This document shows, piece after piece, positions 30,064-41,081 of a DNA stretch of 64,000 nt. Origin of the DNA: an uncultured delta proteobacterium (GTDB lineage Bacteria > Desulfobacterota > Binatia > UBA9968); the NCBI GenBank assembly GCA_963737905.1, contig CAVTUQ010000008.1, positions 1 through 64,000 on the forward strand. Direction: 5' to 3'. Below the pieces are notes generated by a model, which was given only the letters and a program-made list of their open reading frames with translations, was not told where the DNA came from and did not search any database. The position numbers and the translations under genes are program-made. The stretch's first letter is position 1, and the number at the start of each line of letters is the position of its first letter.

Positions 30064-31601
30064 TGGACCACATTTACATTACAACACCGCTATACTACGT
30101 CAACGCCGAACCTCACTTGGGCAGCGCGTACACGATGATCATTACCGATACACTGACACGCTATTACCGAGCGAAAGGTTGGGAAGCTTTTTATCTCACC
30201 GGTACAGACGAGCATGGCGACAAGATTGCTCAGACCGCTGCACATGCCGGCGTGGATCCTAAGCCATTTACGGATCAAATCAGCGCGACCTTCCAGGCGG
30301 TTTGGGATAGTTGTGGCTTTTCATACGATCACTTTATTCGCACTACGGATGCCTATCATGTGCGTTATGTGCAAGAACTCCTGACGAAAGTTTACAACGC
30401 CGGAGATATCTACTTCGACCGCTATGGCGGACTCTATTGCTTCGGCTGCGAGCGCTTCTATACAGAAAAGGAACTCGTGGACGGTAAGTGCCCGGATCAC
30501 CGGACCGTGCCGGAGCTTATCGAGGAAGAAAACTACTTCTTTCGGATGAGTAAATACCAGGAACAACTATCGCGTCACTTGGAAGAGCATCCCGACTTCA
30601 TCCGACCCGAGGGCTTCAGGAATGAAGTGGTTGCGATGCTGCGCGAACCGATCGGCGATCTGTGCATCTCCCGTCCCAAGAGCCGTCTCACCTGGGGCAT
30701 CGAAATCCCCTTCGATCAGCGCTACGTGACTTACGTATGGTTCGATGCGCTCATCAACTATGTGAGTGCATTGAAACATAGGGGAGAAGAGTTCTTCGAG
30801 AAATTTTGGCCACAAGCCGAGCATTTCATCGGCAAAGACATCCTCAAACCCCACGGTGTCTTCTGGCCGACGATGCTGATGGCGGCTGGTTTGCCACTGT
30901 ACAAACATTTGAACGTGCATGGCTTCTGGACCAGCGAAGGTCAGAAGATGTCCAAGAGCCTGGGAAACACCGTCTCGCCGCTGGAGATGAGGGAAAGGAT
31001 CGGCATGGATGCCTTTCGCTACTTCGTATTGCGCGAGAGCGTCTTCGGACAAGACGCGGACTTTAGGGAGGATGCCCTGACGGCGCGTTACAATGCCGAT
31101 TTGGCCAACAATCTTGGAAATTTGATCAGCCGGGTACTCGCCATGCAGAACAAATATTTCGCCGGCGTCGTCCAGCCAATAAGCGGCCCATCACCAAAAG
31201 AAGATCAGGCGCTCCAAGATAAATTTGTTCAGGCAGAGTCAGAGCTGAATCGTCATATGGCGGAACTCCAGTTTCATCGTGCTCTGGAGTCGGTCTGGGC
31301 TGCCATCGATCACGCTAATCGTTATATTGTGCAGACCGCACCGTTTACATTGTTTAAGGATCCTGCGCAGCGAGCCCGGGTCGGCGAAGTTCTTCATCAT
31401 TTGCTCGAAGCCATTCGTCAGCTCGCGCGGTTACTTGCGCCGTTCATGCCCGACACCTCAAAGGAGCTTCAGCGTCTCCTTGGGCTCAAAGAAGGCGACG
31501 AAGCCTATCGCGCCCCTTGGGGCCAGTGTTTCTCGCCAGGTCATAAGATCGACGGTCCGACCGTTCTCTTCCCGCGTATCGAACCGCCAAGCGAAGCATA
31601 G
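30060..31601 (+). CDS. metG: Methionine--tRNA ligase (short form)
   Basis: YITTPLYYVN..PHLG, TGTDEHG, KMSKS, LFPRI terminus. Confidence 0.95.
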   Translation: MMDHIYITTPLYYVNAEPHLGSAYTMIITDTLTRYYRAKGWEAFYLTGTDEHGDKIAQTAAHAGVDPKPFTDQISATFQAVWDSCGFSYDHFIRTTDAYHVRYVQELLTKVYNAGDIYFDRYGGLYCFGCERFYTEKELVDGKCPDHRTVPELIEEENYFFRMSKYQEQLSRHLEEHPDFIRPEGFRNEVVAMLREPIGDLCISRPKSRLTWGIEIPFDQRYVTYVWFDALINYVSALKHRGEEFFEKFWPQAEHFIGKDILKPHGVFWPTMLMAAGLPLYKHLNVHGFWTSEGQKMSKSLGNTVSPLEMRERIGMDAFRYFVLRESVFGQDADFREDALTARYNADLANNLGNLISRVLAMQNKYFAGVVQPISGPSPKEDQALQDKFVQAESELNRHMAELQFHRALESVWAAIDHANRYIVQTAPFTLFKDPAQRARVGEVLHHLLEAIRQLARLLAPFMPDTSKELQRLLGLKEGDEAYRAPWGQCFSPGHKIDGPTVLFPRIEPPSEA

Positions 31602-31606
31602 GCGGT

Positions 31607-32404
31607 TTGCTCGTGGCTCAGCAAAATAGCTTGGGGTTGATCGATAGCCACGCACACATTCAGGGCAAGGAATATGTGGGTGAAACCACGGCGGTTATAC
31701 AACGGGCCGGTGAAGCAGGCGTAGAAAAAATTGTCGTTGTCGGCGGCGCCGGAGACATGTCTAGCAACAGCGCCGCGGTTGCCCTCGCTGAGTCGTGGGC
31801 CAATCTCTATGCCACCGTCGGCACGCATCCCCACGACGCAAAAGACGTCGGCGAAGAGGAACTCCAGGAGCTAAAAAAGCTCGCCGCCCACCCAAAGGTG
31901 ATCGCTGTAGGCGAAACCGGTCTAGACTATTATTACAACCATTCATCACGCGAAGTTCAACGCCGAGTCTTCGCGCAGTTCATCCGCCTGGCGGGGGAGA
32001 CCGAACTGCCGCTGGTCGTTCATGAGCGAGACGCTGCAAGCGAAGCCGTCGAGCTATTGCGCAATGAAGGCGCTGGCAAAATTCGCGGCGTGATCCACTG
32101 CTTCACGGGCGATTATGAGGCTGCTCGAGACTACCTTGACTTGGGATTCTATCTTTCCTTCACCGGTATCATCACATTTAAAAACGCCGAGCCGCTGCGG
32201 CAAGTTGTAAGTAAAGTGCCGCTGGATCGAATGTTCGTTGAAACCGATTCGCCCTACCTCACGCCGGTTCCTCATAGAGGAAAGCGCAACGAGCCGGCTT
32301 ACGTGAGGCTGGTCGCTGAAACCGTTGCACGTGTAAAAAGCATATCCCTGGAGGAAGTTGCTCACACGACGACCGGCAATGTTCAGCAGCTTTTTCGGAT
32401 CTAG
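31607..32404 (+). CDS. tatD: TatD family hydrolase (YcfH-like)
   Basis: IDSHAH, GTHPH, GETGLDY, HCF, ETDSPYL. Confidence 0.93.
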   Translation: MLVAQQNSLGLIDSHAHIQGKEYVGETTAVIQRAGEAGVEKIVVVGGAGDMSSNSAAVALAESWANLYATVGTHPHDAKDVGEEELQELKKLAAHPKVIAVGETGLDYYYNHSSREVQRRVFAQFIRLAGETELPLVVHERDAASEAVELLRNEGAGKIRGVIHCFTGDYEAARDYLDLGFYLSFTGIITFKNAEPLRQVVSKVPLDRMFVETDSPYLTPVPHRGKRNEPAYVRLVAETVARVKSISLEEVAHTTTGNVQQLFRI

Positions 32405-32571
32405 AAAATGGAGTGGCCCCGGTTTCATGATTGTCGCCCATAGGAGATCTACAAGAAGAGTTAGAATGCGCGGCTTTTCTTGGGTGTCTTGGACGCGGAC
32501 CGCACGACATGCCAGACGATCACTCCGACCGGTACCCTAAGCGCCAGCCACGACAAGAAATCCCAAGTACC

Positions 32572-32700
32572 ATAGTGATCGACCTGGGTGCCGGCTCCAA
32601 AGCCAATGCTTGTCATACGGTAGAGGAAGTGGCCGTTCGAATCGATGGAACCACCAAAATCGAAACCACCTTCGGCACGTCCATCAGTGCCGGTCTGCAG
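32572..32700 (-). pseudogene. Internal remnant of a FhuA-like TonB-dependent siderophore receptor
   Basis: Translates as LQTGTDGRAEGGFDFGGSIDSNGHFLYRMTSIGFGAGTQVDHY, like the first barrel strands of FhuA-type receptors. Confidence 0.6.
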
Positions 32701-32778
32701 CGCTTTAGGTGACCGTAAACAGCGAGAAATTCCTCGACGATGGGGTTAGGCATGATCTACTATGGCTGGAAAGCTGCT

Positions 32779-33606
32779 CTATCCTACATCCTGGCCCCGG
32801 TCATTGTCGGGGTGATTGACGGCACCTAATTTCCAGTAGCCTTGAGTGTGGGCGTGCGCCCGGTCCATTCCCCGCTCGTTCAGGAGATGGCGGCGGATAT
32901 CCCGCATGACGCCGGCCTCGCACCCGATCCAGATCTGGCCGTTGCCCTCAGGAAATCGAAACTCCCGCACCGCTTGCTCCAGCCTTCGCCCGACCCGTCC
33001 GACTTCCCCGCCGTGGTGTAGCCACGTCACCTGAAACCGCGCGGGTGACTCCAACTCTAGCTCTTCCGCTGCGTCCGCCACCTCGACCAAGACATGGGCG
33101 AAGCAGGATGGCGGCAGCGCCTCAAGGAGGGTCCCCACGGCAGGGAGCGCCGCTTCGTCGCCGCCTATCAGATACCAGTCCGCCTCACCGTCCACTTTAT
33201 ATGCTCCTCCGGGCTGATGAGACACCGCAACTATCTGTCCCGGTTGGGCCTGTTCCGCCCAGGTGGAGCCGGGCCCCTCGCCGTGCAACAGGAAATCAAT
33301 CGTTAGTTCCCCTGCTTCCACATCCCATCGTCGGGGAGTGTAAGTGCGGTTCAAGGGTCGCTGCTGACCGTCCCTGAGGATCGGTCCCTCGGGTCCCCAT
33401 TCAGGGAGGACCAATTTCGGCTCACCGGGTGGAGGAAAATTCACCTTCAGGTGCTCCGCCGGGCCCTTCGTCGCAAAGCCCTCCAGTTCCTTCCCGGCGA
33501 AAACTATCCGGACCATATGGGGAGTAAGACTCTCCACCCGGGCGACTTCTGCCAGGCGCGGCTTTGCACGAACGCGACGGGGTTTCTGGGATTCAATTTC
33601 GTTCAT
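32779..33606 (-). CDS. Siderophore-interacting protein (ViuB/YqjH-type FAD ferric reductase)
   Basis: TPHMVRI, RTYTPR, IDFLLHG.GPGSTWA, GDEAALPA, GYWK; RBS AAAGGAG. Confidence 0.92.
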   Translation of the reverse strand: MNEIESQKPRRVRAKPRLAEVARVESLTPHMVRIVFAGKELEGFATKGPAEHLKVNFPPPGEPKLVLPEWGPEGPILRDGQQRPLNRTYTPRRWDVEAGELTIDFLLHGEGPGSTWAEQAQPGQIVAVSHQPGGAYKVDGEADWYLIGGDEAALPAVGTLLEALPPSCFAHVLVEVADAAEELELESPARFQVTWLHHGGEVGRVGRRLEQAVREFRFPEGNGQIWIGCEAGVMRDIRRHLLNERGMDRAHAHTQGYWKLGAVNHPDNDRGQDVG

Positions 33607-33817
33607 CTCAACTCCTTTCACAAAACGTTAGCTTAACAAATCTTCTCTTCTTAGCTGCACCCGTTGAAAATGTCCAATCCTGTCTCTGGTCAGACAGGCA
33701 TCGGAAAACGCTGCAGCGCGGCCTCGTGGCCGCATCCGCTGGGGCGCCCCTATCCCCAAGGTCGTGTTTCGCGGTCCCGATATTAGCGGAGCCCGTCTCT
33801 GGCGTGCGCCAGAGTTG

Positions 33818-34003
33818 TTATGTTTGCTGCCGGGTCTTCGGAGCGATCGCTTCAATCTGGTCGGCGACCTCGCGAAGTTCTCGCGCCAAACCCTTGAAAC
33901 CTTCATTGATGACTTCCGTTGAGGCTGTTTCGTAGTGTACGTGTACCAGTGCTCCTTGACCAATAGTGACTTCCCATTTTTTTTCCGAAACACTGTCCTT
34001 CAT
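33818..34003 (-). CDS. Small hypothetical protein (WE...VHVHY), paralog of the 42297 ORF
   Basis: RBS TAAGGAGG; colinear similarity to the 42297 ORF. Confidence 0.75.
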   Translation of the reverse strand: MKDSVSEKKWEVTIGQGALVHVHYETASTEVINEGFKGLARELREVADQIEAIAPKTRQQT

Positions 34004-34152
34004 GATTTCCTCCTTAGTATCGAGTCATCTTGTGATCTGACTAGCACCTAAATTTTCCCAGCGGTCCACCCTTTGAGAACACGGTCGGGATCGATGATTG
34101 AAGTCATCAATCTTTTGTCCAATCTGTATGATAGCTATGGCTATTTGCTCTT

Positions 34153-34464
34153 TCATTTTTTACTGATCCTTGTTCGCGGATTCTTCTTGCACACGGCCGG
34201 TGAATTCCAGCACTGATCGCTCGTGGCCGCTTTCCACCAGTGCAGAGCGCGGGCGATATGTTCTTCAATGGCCTGGGGTTTTGTTCGGTACTCGCTTCTG
34301 ATCGCGAGCATCAAGTAATGCAGAGCGATCATCGCCGCAATTTTGCCGTTGGGAATGTCGCGGTACTTTTCTTCCATCCACAGTATGGCGTTGAGAATGA
34401 CCTCCACATTGCAGTGAGCGGTCTTTTCACCCAATTCGCATGCTTTGCGTATTAAAGAGTCCAT
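34153..34464 (-). CDS. Hypothetical protein
   Basis: 103 aa, RBS AAAGGA, directly downstream of attenuator copy B. Confidence 0.55.
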   Translation of the reverse strand: MDSLIRKACELGEKTAHCNVEVILNAILWMEEKYRDIPNGKIAAMIALHYLMLAIRSEYRTKPQAIEEHIARALHWWKAATSDQCWNSPAVCKKNPRTRISKK

Positions 34465-34500
34465 GTTTCATCATCCTTTCGTTGCTGTCTGTCCATTCGG

Positions 34501-34572
34501 AAAATCGAAAAGCCCGCGCTCCGCCATGGGTTGGCGAAGCCGCGGGCTCTGGATTAATCACCTCTGGCCGCT
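34501..34572 (-). promoter_or_regulatory. Conserved RNA attenuator, copy B (tandem CCAGAG plus intrinsic terminator)
   Basis: AGCGGCCAGAGGT-GATTAAT-CCAGAGCCCG...GGCGGAG-CG-CGGGCT-TTTCGATTTT; homologous to 42309-42380. Confidence 0.7.
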
Positions 34573-34706
34573 GGCTATCTAATCGATCAGAGTCAGCTTA
34601 TGATTCTTACGAGCCTCTTTTATTTTTTACTGCGGTGCGACTCATAAGCGACAACATGAGGATTGCGATAGACGTGAGTTGGAGCATCAACGTCGCCGTT
34701 CCTTCA

Positions 34707-36525
34707 TCATGCCGCTGCGGAAACGCCATGGTCCCGCTGCAGGCTGGCGATCACTCCCTCGGTCCAATGCTTGGCCGGCACGTCATAGTCCACGTCGCAA
34801 TCGACACGCGGGTAAAGACGCGTGGCGCCGTGGCGCTCCAATGCCGCATCGAGATCGCGGCCGCACTTGCAGAAGTGATCATAGGTGGAATTGCCCAGCG
34901 CAAGCACGGAAAATTTCATCCCGCGTAAATTCAAGCCGTCTCTTCGCACGACTGCTTCCCAAAACGGGGCGGCATCGTCTGGGGGCTCACCATTGCCGTA
35001 GGTGCTGGTGATGATAACCACGCAGCTTTCCCGGGACAGCGCATCGACGGTGTAATGGGCCATGTCTTTCAGGCGCACATTGAAGCCCCGCCGAGCGATA
35101 ACTTCGGCGGTGCGTTGCGCGAGCGATTCGGCGTTGCCGGTTACGGTGCCGAAGAGGATTAACAGCGAAATGCTTTCAGAGTAGTTTCCCATAGCCTCAT
35201 GCCGGTGCGCGGCTGTTCCGTTTCCGTCCGCTGAATGACCTGGCTGAGAAGATTCTCCAGGCAAAATCTCGAGCTCCATAGATGATTTTTCTCCTTCGAG
35301 TTGTAAGTCTTGTGAAATTTCAATCGATGGTGCGTTCTTTGACAGCGCCGGTTGGGTAACCGACGGCTCTTCTAGTTCTCGACCCCAGGAACGGAAGCGG
35401 CGCCAGGCCATGGCCAAACCGGTCCAGACCAAAAAGCAGCCGCCCAGGGAAGCCAGACCGGCGATGGTCTGGCCGAAAAACCCAAAGGCTTCACCGGTGT
35501 GAAGACCCCTGAACCAGCTCCTGAGCTTTCTCCCTGCGCTGTTTTCCGAATAAGGCTCCCACGTCACCACTTCGGCTGTGGCACGGTTGAGGGTCAACTG
35601 CGAGCGCGCAAAATTGTGCGGCGCGCCGGGCTCGGAAATAGAAACCGTGACGGGTCCGTCCGGACGGGGCGCGAAGCGCATCATGAGCATCGTCCAGCCG
35701 GGAACTTGCCGTTCTGCGCTGGCCAGCAGAGCATCGAGATTGGCCGTTGGCTTGGCAATCCGTTGTTCTTCAGCATTACCCGCACCTCGACGGGCGCGTT
35801 GGGGCGGGCCCACGGGTCCTTGGACTCTGGGCGGTGGCTCGCTTCCCGTAAGCGTGTAGAGCACATCATTAGCCCAGGGATAGGACATGACTGCCGCGGT
35901 TAAGAGTAAGAACCACCAATACGCTCGAAGACCAGAAGCCGATGACGTTATGCCAGTTCCAGTCCCGGGCCTTGCCGCTCAGCCGGCGGTTAAATATCAG
36001 GCTGGTCTTCAGACCGCGCCACTTCCAGCTGTTCGGCCACCAGAGATAAACGCCGGTGACGGCGAGCCAGAAGAACGCCAGGTTGCAGGCGCCCGTGATG
36101 GCTTTCCCGATGGCGCGGCCTTCGTCGTCCATTCCCAGCCAACGGTGCCAATCGACGATTTCATGAAGGAAGTTGTGCGTCGCCGACAACCCGCCCAGCA
36201 GTTCGCCGGTGTAAGGATTGATGAAAACGGTGTTCTCGCGGCCAAGATTGACGATGACCGAAGCGGTGGGGTCCGACTTCATCGTGATAAATGCCGGACG
36301 GCCTTCACGATTGGCTTCACGCACTTTCCCCACCAGTTCGTTCAAGCTCAGGCGTTTGGCTTCCGGACCGGGCGTGACCCAGCGCGCATTCCATTCCGAG
36401 TATTCGGAGATCTGAGGCTCGTACATAAGCACGACGCCGGTGAAGGACATGGTAAAAATCACCAGGCCGGCGATGACGCCGGCGAGGAGGTGGGTCCAAA
36501 AAATGATCTTGTGAAATAGTTTCAT
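34707..36525 (-). CDS. PepSY-associated TM helix protein fused to a flavodoxin domain (one frameshift near 35885)
   Basis: FWTHLLAG, WHRWL, WNWHNVIG, LHTGE; C-terminal FGTVTGNAE, TSTYGNGEPPDDA, LGNSTYDHFC. Confidence 0.85.
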
Positions 36526-36552
36526 GGCTTGGTTCTTCGAAAAGTTAATTCA

Positions 36553-37084
36553 TTACTTTTTTAGGTCGCTGAACTCTTGGATGAACCAGTGGCGCAAAAG
36601 ATCCTTCTCATAACGCAAGTAATCATCCATCGGATAAAAAGTCCGCAACTGATAATTAAGGTCGGTCAACTCCCGTTTGCCGCTCCGAACCACTTGACCG
36701 CTCGGGCCGATGACGCGAAACTCGAGGGCAATCCGCGGCGGATAGAGGCCGTTGGTGATCCGTACCTGATCTGATTGCGGTCCATGCCACGGCTCGAAAT
36801 TGCCGGCGAGATCAACGTCGGTGACTCTGATATCCAGATTCATATCCCGCGGGATTGTTTCGTCTCCCATTTCTTGCATGAACTTTGCGATGGTATCGAG
36901 GATGGAGTCAGAGTTGGGCTTGAAATCGGCACGTCTCGCATCGGTGAACTTTTCCGGCTTCACAAAGACGACGGCAATTCGCGAGACTGGTTCTGGTTCC
37001 TGAGACGCTGCCGCGTAACTCGAAGCCGAACAGAACGGTCACGATCAGCGCTTGGTAAAGAATCCGGCAAGAGGGTTGGTTCAT
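36553..37084 (-). CDS. DUF3016-like exported protein (frameshifted N-terminus)
   Basis: PEKFTD, VTDVDLAG.FEPW, YPPRI.LEF, LRYEK.LL..WF. Confidence 0.75.
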
Positions 37085-37089
37085 GACGT

Positions 37090-37772
37090 CTACACTTCCG
37101 CAAAGCGACGCAGCAAATTGTGATAACAATTTGTCAGGCTCACCACTCCAGCATGGTTGGGCAAAGCCTGGTTGACCTGGTTGATCGCCATATCGAGATC
37201 GAAAAGAAGCGTTCTTTGACCATCGTCGCGCACCATACTCTGCACCCAGAAGAATGCTGCCAACCGCACGCCCCTTGTCACTGGATTAACGTGATGCAAG
37301 CTGGTTGCTGGGTAGACGACCATGTCACCAGCCGATAATTTCAGCGGATGTGCGCCGTAGACATCGTCGACGACAAGCTCACCGCCGTCATATTCGTCCG
37401 GGCTGCTGACAAAAAGGGTCGCGGATATATCGGTGCGTATCCGGTAGGGCGTGCCGGGAATTTGCATGACCGAGTTATCCAAATGCGACGCCAAACGATT
37501 CGCCGCCTTCGTAACGGTTGAAGAGCGGCGGAAAGACCCGGAGCGGCAACGCCGCAGTGATAAAAAGCGGGTTGCGCTCCAGGGCTGCGACGATCATGTC
37601 GCCCAATTCCCGCGCCTCGGGGCTGTTCTCAGCCAGCTGACGATTGTTTTTAACGACCTTCGATTGGTAACCTGCGGTGACGCGCCCGTCCACCCAGACT
37701 CGCCCGGTGCATCACTTCCCGACAATGGGCGACCTGTTCCTGGCTAAGAACGTGGGGAATATGGACAATCAT
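37090..37772 (-). CDS. PKHD-type Fe(II)/2OG hydroxylase (PiuC/YbiX), frameshifted
   Basis: [59 protein letters not shown]. Confidence 0.88.
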
Positions 37773-37787
37773 CAGGCTTCTCTTCCG

Positions 37788-40009
37788 TTAGAATCTAAAG
37801 AAGGTGCTCGCGATGAAGGTTCTTCCTGCGCCGGGCACGACATGGGACGGATGTATGCTTTCAATAAAGGCAGCGTTGGTAAGATTTTGAGCGTTCAGAC
37901 GGCACTGAATCCTCTCGGTGACGTTGTAAGCTACCGTCGCATCCCAGCGAACATAACCCGGGACCTCATTGACATTTGAATTGTTCGCGAACCGGCTGCC
38001 GACGTAAGTTGGCCCGCCGCCGATCTGCCACTTGTCCAAAAAGTCGTAGGTGGTCCAGAGAGTCGCGCTGTATTTCGGTATGTTCTGCGGCACCTTGCCC
38101 TGGAGGGAATAGGTCACGCCTTCGACAGTCTGAACGTCCTTGGACTTGAGAATCTTCGCGTCGAGAAAAGTGTAGCCGGCCCATACGTTCCACCCGGGCA
38201 GAATCCGTCCGGCTGCGCTGAACTCGACGCCACGGGAGCGCTGCTTGCCGTCGAGCACTTGCACGCCAAGGATAGGGTCGTTGGTGCGGGCATTGGTCTT
38301 CTCGATCGTGAACAACGCGCCTTGGAGGGTCAGCGCTCCGCCCATCAATAAAAATTTGCTGCCGATTTCGAAGATCTCGTTCTTTTCCGGCGGTGTCGCC
38401 TGGTTGTTGGCCGCCAACGTCAACCCTTCGGCCGAGGGGTTGAAGGCGGTTGCATAGGAGAAATAGTAGCTCTGCTGCGGCGTCGGATGAAAAACCAGGC
38501 CGCCGCGGTAACTGAACATCTTGTCCAGGCTGTCGAAGTCCACTTGCCCGGGCAATTTGTTTTCTTGATCGGCGCTAAAATAGTCCCAGCGCACGCCCCC
38601 GATGATGTCGAACTATTCATGCAATGCGATCTGGTCCGCGGCATAAATACCGAATCCGGCTGCGTCGGTAAAAGCGCTTCACCCCTAAGGTTTTGGGATT
38701 CGGGGTTTGATTGTTATTTGGGTTGTTAAGGGTCGTGGCGGGACCGGCGCTGGCATACCGGAGGTTATCGAGTCGTATCCCAGGACAGCTCTATGCCGCT
38801 AGCGAGCGTGTGCCCGAAGCCAAAGGTGTTGAACCGCGCGGTAAGGTCGGTCTGGCTGTCCGCAGATGCCTTCCGTGGTGTGGCGTTCCGGCCGGCTTCT
38901 GGTGATCCAGTGATTGTTGCGCCGGGTCCGCAAGTAATGGGCGCTGCGCAAGGGTAGGGCCGGTATACTCAGATCCAGGTCGCGGCGGACATTGCTATAG
39001 CGAAATGCGCTGCGTAAATTCAGAGCGTCGCTGAATTGATGGTTCAGGCTGATGGTGCCGATATTGGTGTAAGTTTTTTCATAGTCGTGCTTGGTCAAGC
39101 CATACCAGGTACCCCGGTCGACCCGCACGGGTTCGCCGTGGAAAAAAGGAAAACCGTAGTCCGGAATGTTGTCTTCGTGCTGAAACAAATAACTGAAGTT
39201 CATCTGGGTCGGCGTGCCGAGGCCCAGGTGAGAGTTGGAGCGAAGCCCTGGCGGGTCACTTTGACATGATCTCGGTCGACGATATCGGCGTGGTGGGCCA
39301 TGGCGTTCAGACGAAGAGCCATTGTGGGGGAGAGTGGCTGATTGATGTCCGCGGTGCCGCGGAAGTAAGGGCCGCTACCGGCGCTGGCGGTCCCATCGTA
39401 GAAGCCCTCGAGTTGGGGAGCCTTGCTGACCTGGTTGATGATCCCGCCGGTGGAGCCGCGACCGAAGTAAATGGAAGCGGGTCCCTTGAGCACTTCAACG
39501 CTTTGGATATTGAAGGTGTCGCGGAAATAGGTCCCTTGATCGCGGACGCCGTCCAGATACATGTCGTTGCGCGCGCTGAAGCCGCGCAGGGTGAAGTTGT
39601 CGCCCTGAGCGCCGCCAGCTTCACTCGCGGCGATACCGATGCCGGTGACATTGCGCATCGCATCGCGCAAGGTTGTCGCCGCCTGTTCGTTCATGATTTC
39701 TCTTGGCACAATGGTGATGGACTGGGGGATGTCTTGCACCGGCTCGGGTAGACGCTGCAGCCCCAGGTTCGGCACGACATAAGGACTCTTTTCCTCGGTG
39801 ACTGTTACTTGGGGCAGCGTGAATTCTTCTTGCTTTTGTTGTTCCGCTGGTTTGGGTTCCGCCGCCTTTGGTTCCGCCGCGAAACCGTTAGTTGCCAAAG
39901 CGAACGTAAAGGCCACGGCTCGGCCGACACCCTCACCGGCGGCGAGGGTGATCTTGTGGAGGAGTTTGTTCCTCCGTCTTTCATTGGCACGTTTTTCTTG
40001 TCGACTCAT
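37788..40009 (-). CDS. TonB-dependent siderophore receptor (Fiu/PiuA-like), several frameshifts
   Basis: TonB-box-like TLPQVTV, DIPQSITIV, LRGF, VEVLKGPAS..FGRGSTGG.IN, PGAGRTF, terminal F; RBS GGAGG. Confidence 0.88.
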
Positions 40010-40038
40010 GGTTTCCTCCAAAGTGTGAATTTTTTGTT

Positions 40039-40077
40039 GCTGGCTGGCATGAGTCGCCTCATACACTGGCTGGCTGG
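40039..40077 (-). promoter_or_regulatory. CCAG-repeat/hairpin element between hemP and the receptor gene
   Basis: Sense strand CCAGCCAGCCAG-TGT-ATGAG-GCGA-CTCAT-GCCAGCCAGC. Confidence 0.5.
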
Positions 40078-40084
40078 TTACTGT

Positions 40085-40270
40085 TTATTTGGTCAAAATT
40101 AGTTTACCGTTCCGCGTGATTCGCAAGCTGTACTCTTTGGTCTGATGAACGATGACGATCTCCCGCTCGCCTTGAAACAAATGAGTGCTTTCAATCCTGG
40201 GCTTTCTATCCGCCGTCGGTCAACGGGAACTGGATCGTTCAGAGTCGAAAATCGTTGGTTTCCCTTCCAT
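40085..40270 (-). CDS. hemP: Hemin uptake protein HemP (not in ORF track; in-frame TGA at codon 17)
   Basis: Translates RIESTHLFQGEREIVIVHQTKEYSLRITRNGKLILTK*, with the hallmark LRITRNGKLILTK C-terminus. Confidence 0.85.
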
Positions 40271-40277
40271 CGTGTTT

Positions 40278-41081
40278 CTAATGGAGCTCAAATTTTACCG
40301 GCAGTAGCACCCATACCTGTACGGCTTCTTTACCCCTGCGCGCAGGTTCGAAGAGCCATTTTTTCACCGCTTCAGCGGCGGAAAAATCAAGGTCACGAAA
40401 GCCAGCGGACTTCTCAATGAGAACTTCACCAACACGCCCGTTTTCCAGCACTCTGACTCTCAATAACGGTAACGCCTTGCGCGCCGATTTTTCGCGCCGA
40501 TTCGGGATAGCGCGGCTTGACCTGATAGCCTCCGAGCGGACGAGCCACCGCCGCAAGCCCATTGCCATTGCCACCACCGCCGAAACCATCCCCTTTTTCA
40601 CCTCTGCCTAGCCCTGCGACTGCCGTGCCCCCGCCGCCTCCGCCCATGCCGCTGCCGCCCGCGACTTCTACGTCGCCGCCGGCAAATAGACCTCCCACAC
40701 CCGCTTCCCCTCCTGCTGCCTCGCCGGCGGGCGCTTTGCTAGCGACGCTGCCTTTCTCCGGACCTGAGGCCGTCAGCTCGGGTGGCGGAGGTAGTTCCTC
40801 GACTTTCGGCGGCGGTTCGTTGGGTCTCGACTCTGGCGATGTCGGTCTTTATGAATCAGCCTGGGTGCTTTTATCTTCTCGACTTTCTTGGGCTCGGGTT
40901 TGGGCGCGGGTGCCGGATCGGGCGTTTGCTTCACTTCGGGGATATCGGTCAGGGAAACCTCGATATTCTGCGTTGGTGTCGTCGGCCTAGTCCCAGCGAT
41001 AAGGAGCGAAGCCGTAGGGATCAGGGCAGCGTGGATCAATGCGGAGATGGCGAAACCGGAAAACAGCGAATCCTTCATCAC
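40278..41081 (-). CDS. tonB: Energy transducer TonB (frameshifted)
   Basis: SALIHA TM, Pro-rich and Gly-rich linker, PRYPESAR, GRV..V...SAG...LD..A..AVKKW.F.PA. Confidence 0.85.

Noticed and set aside
33661-33817. Third copy of the CCAGAG attenuator upstream of the SIP gene
   Set aside because: Contains CCAGAG words and a GCGGCC-ACGA-GGCCGC hairpin but not the tandem-repeat plus terminator layout; left uncalled.
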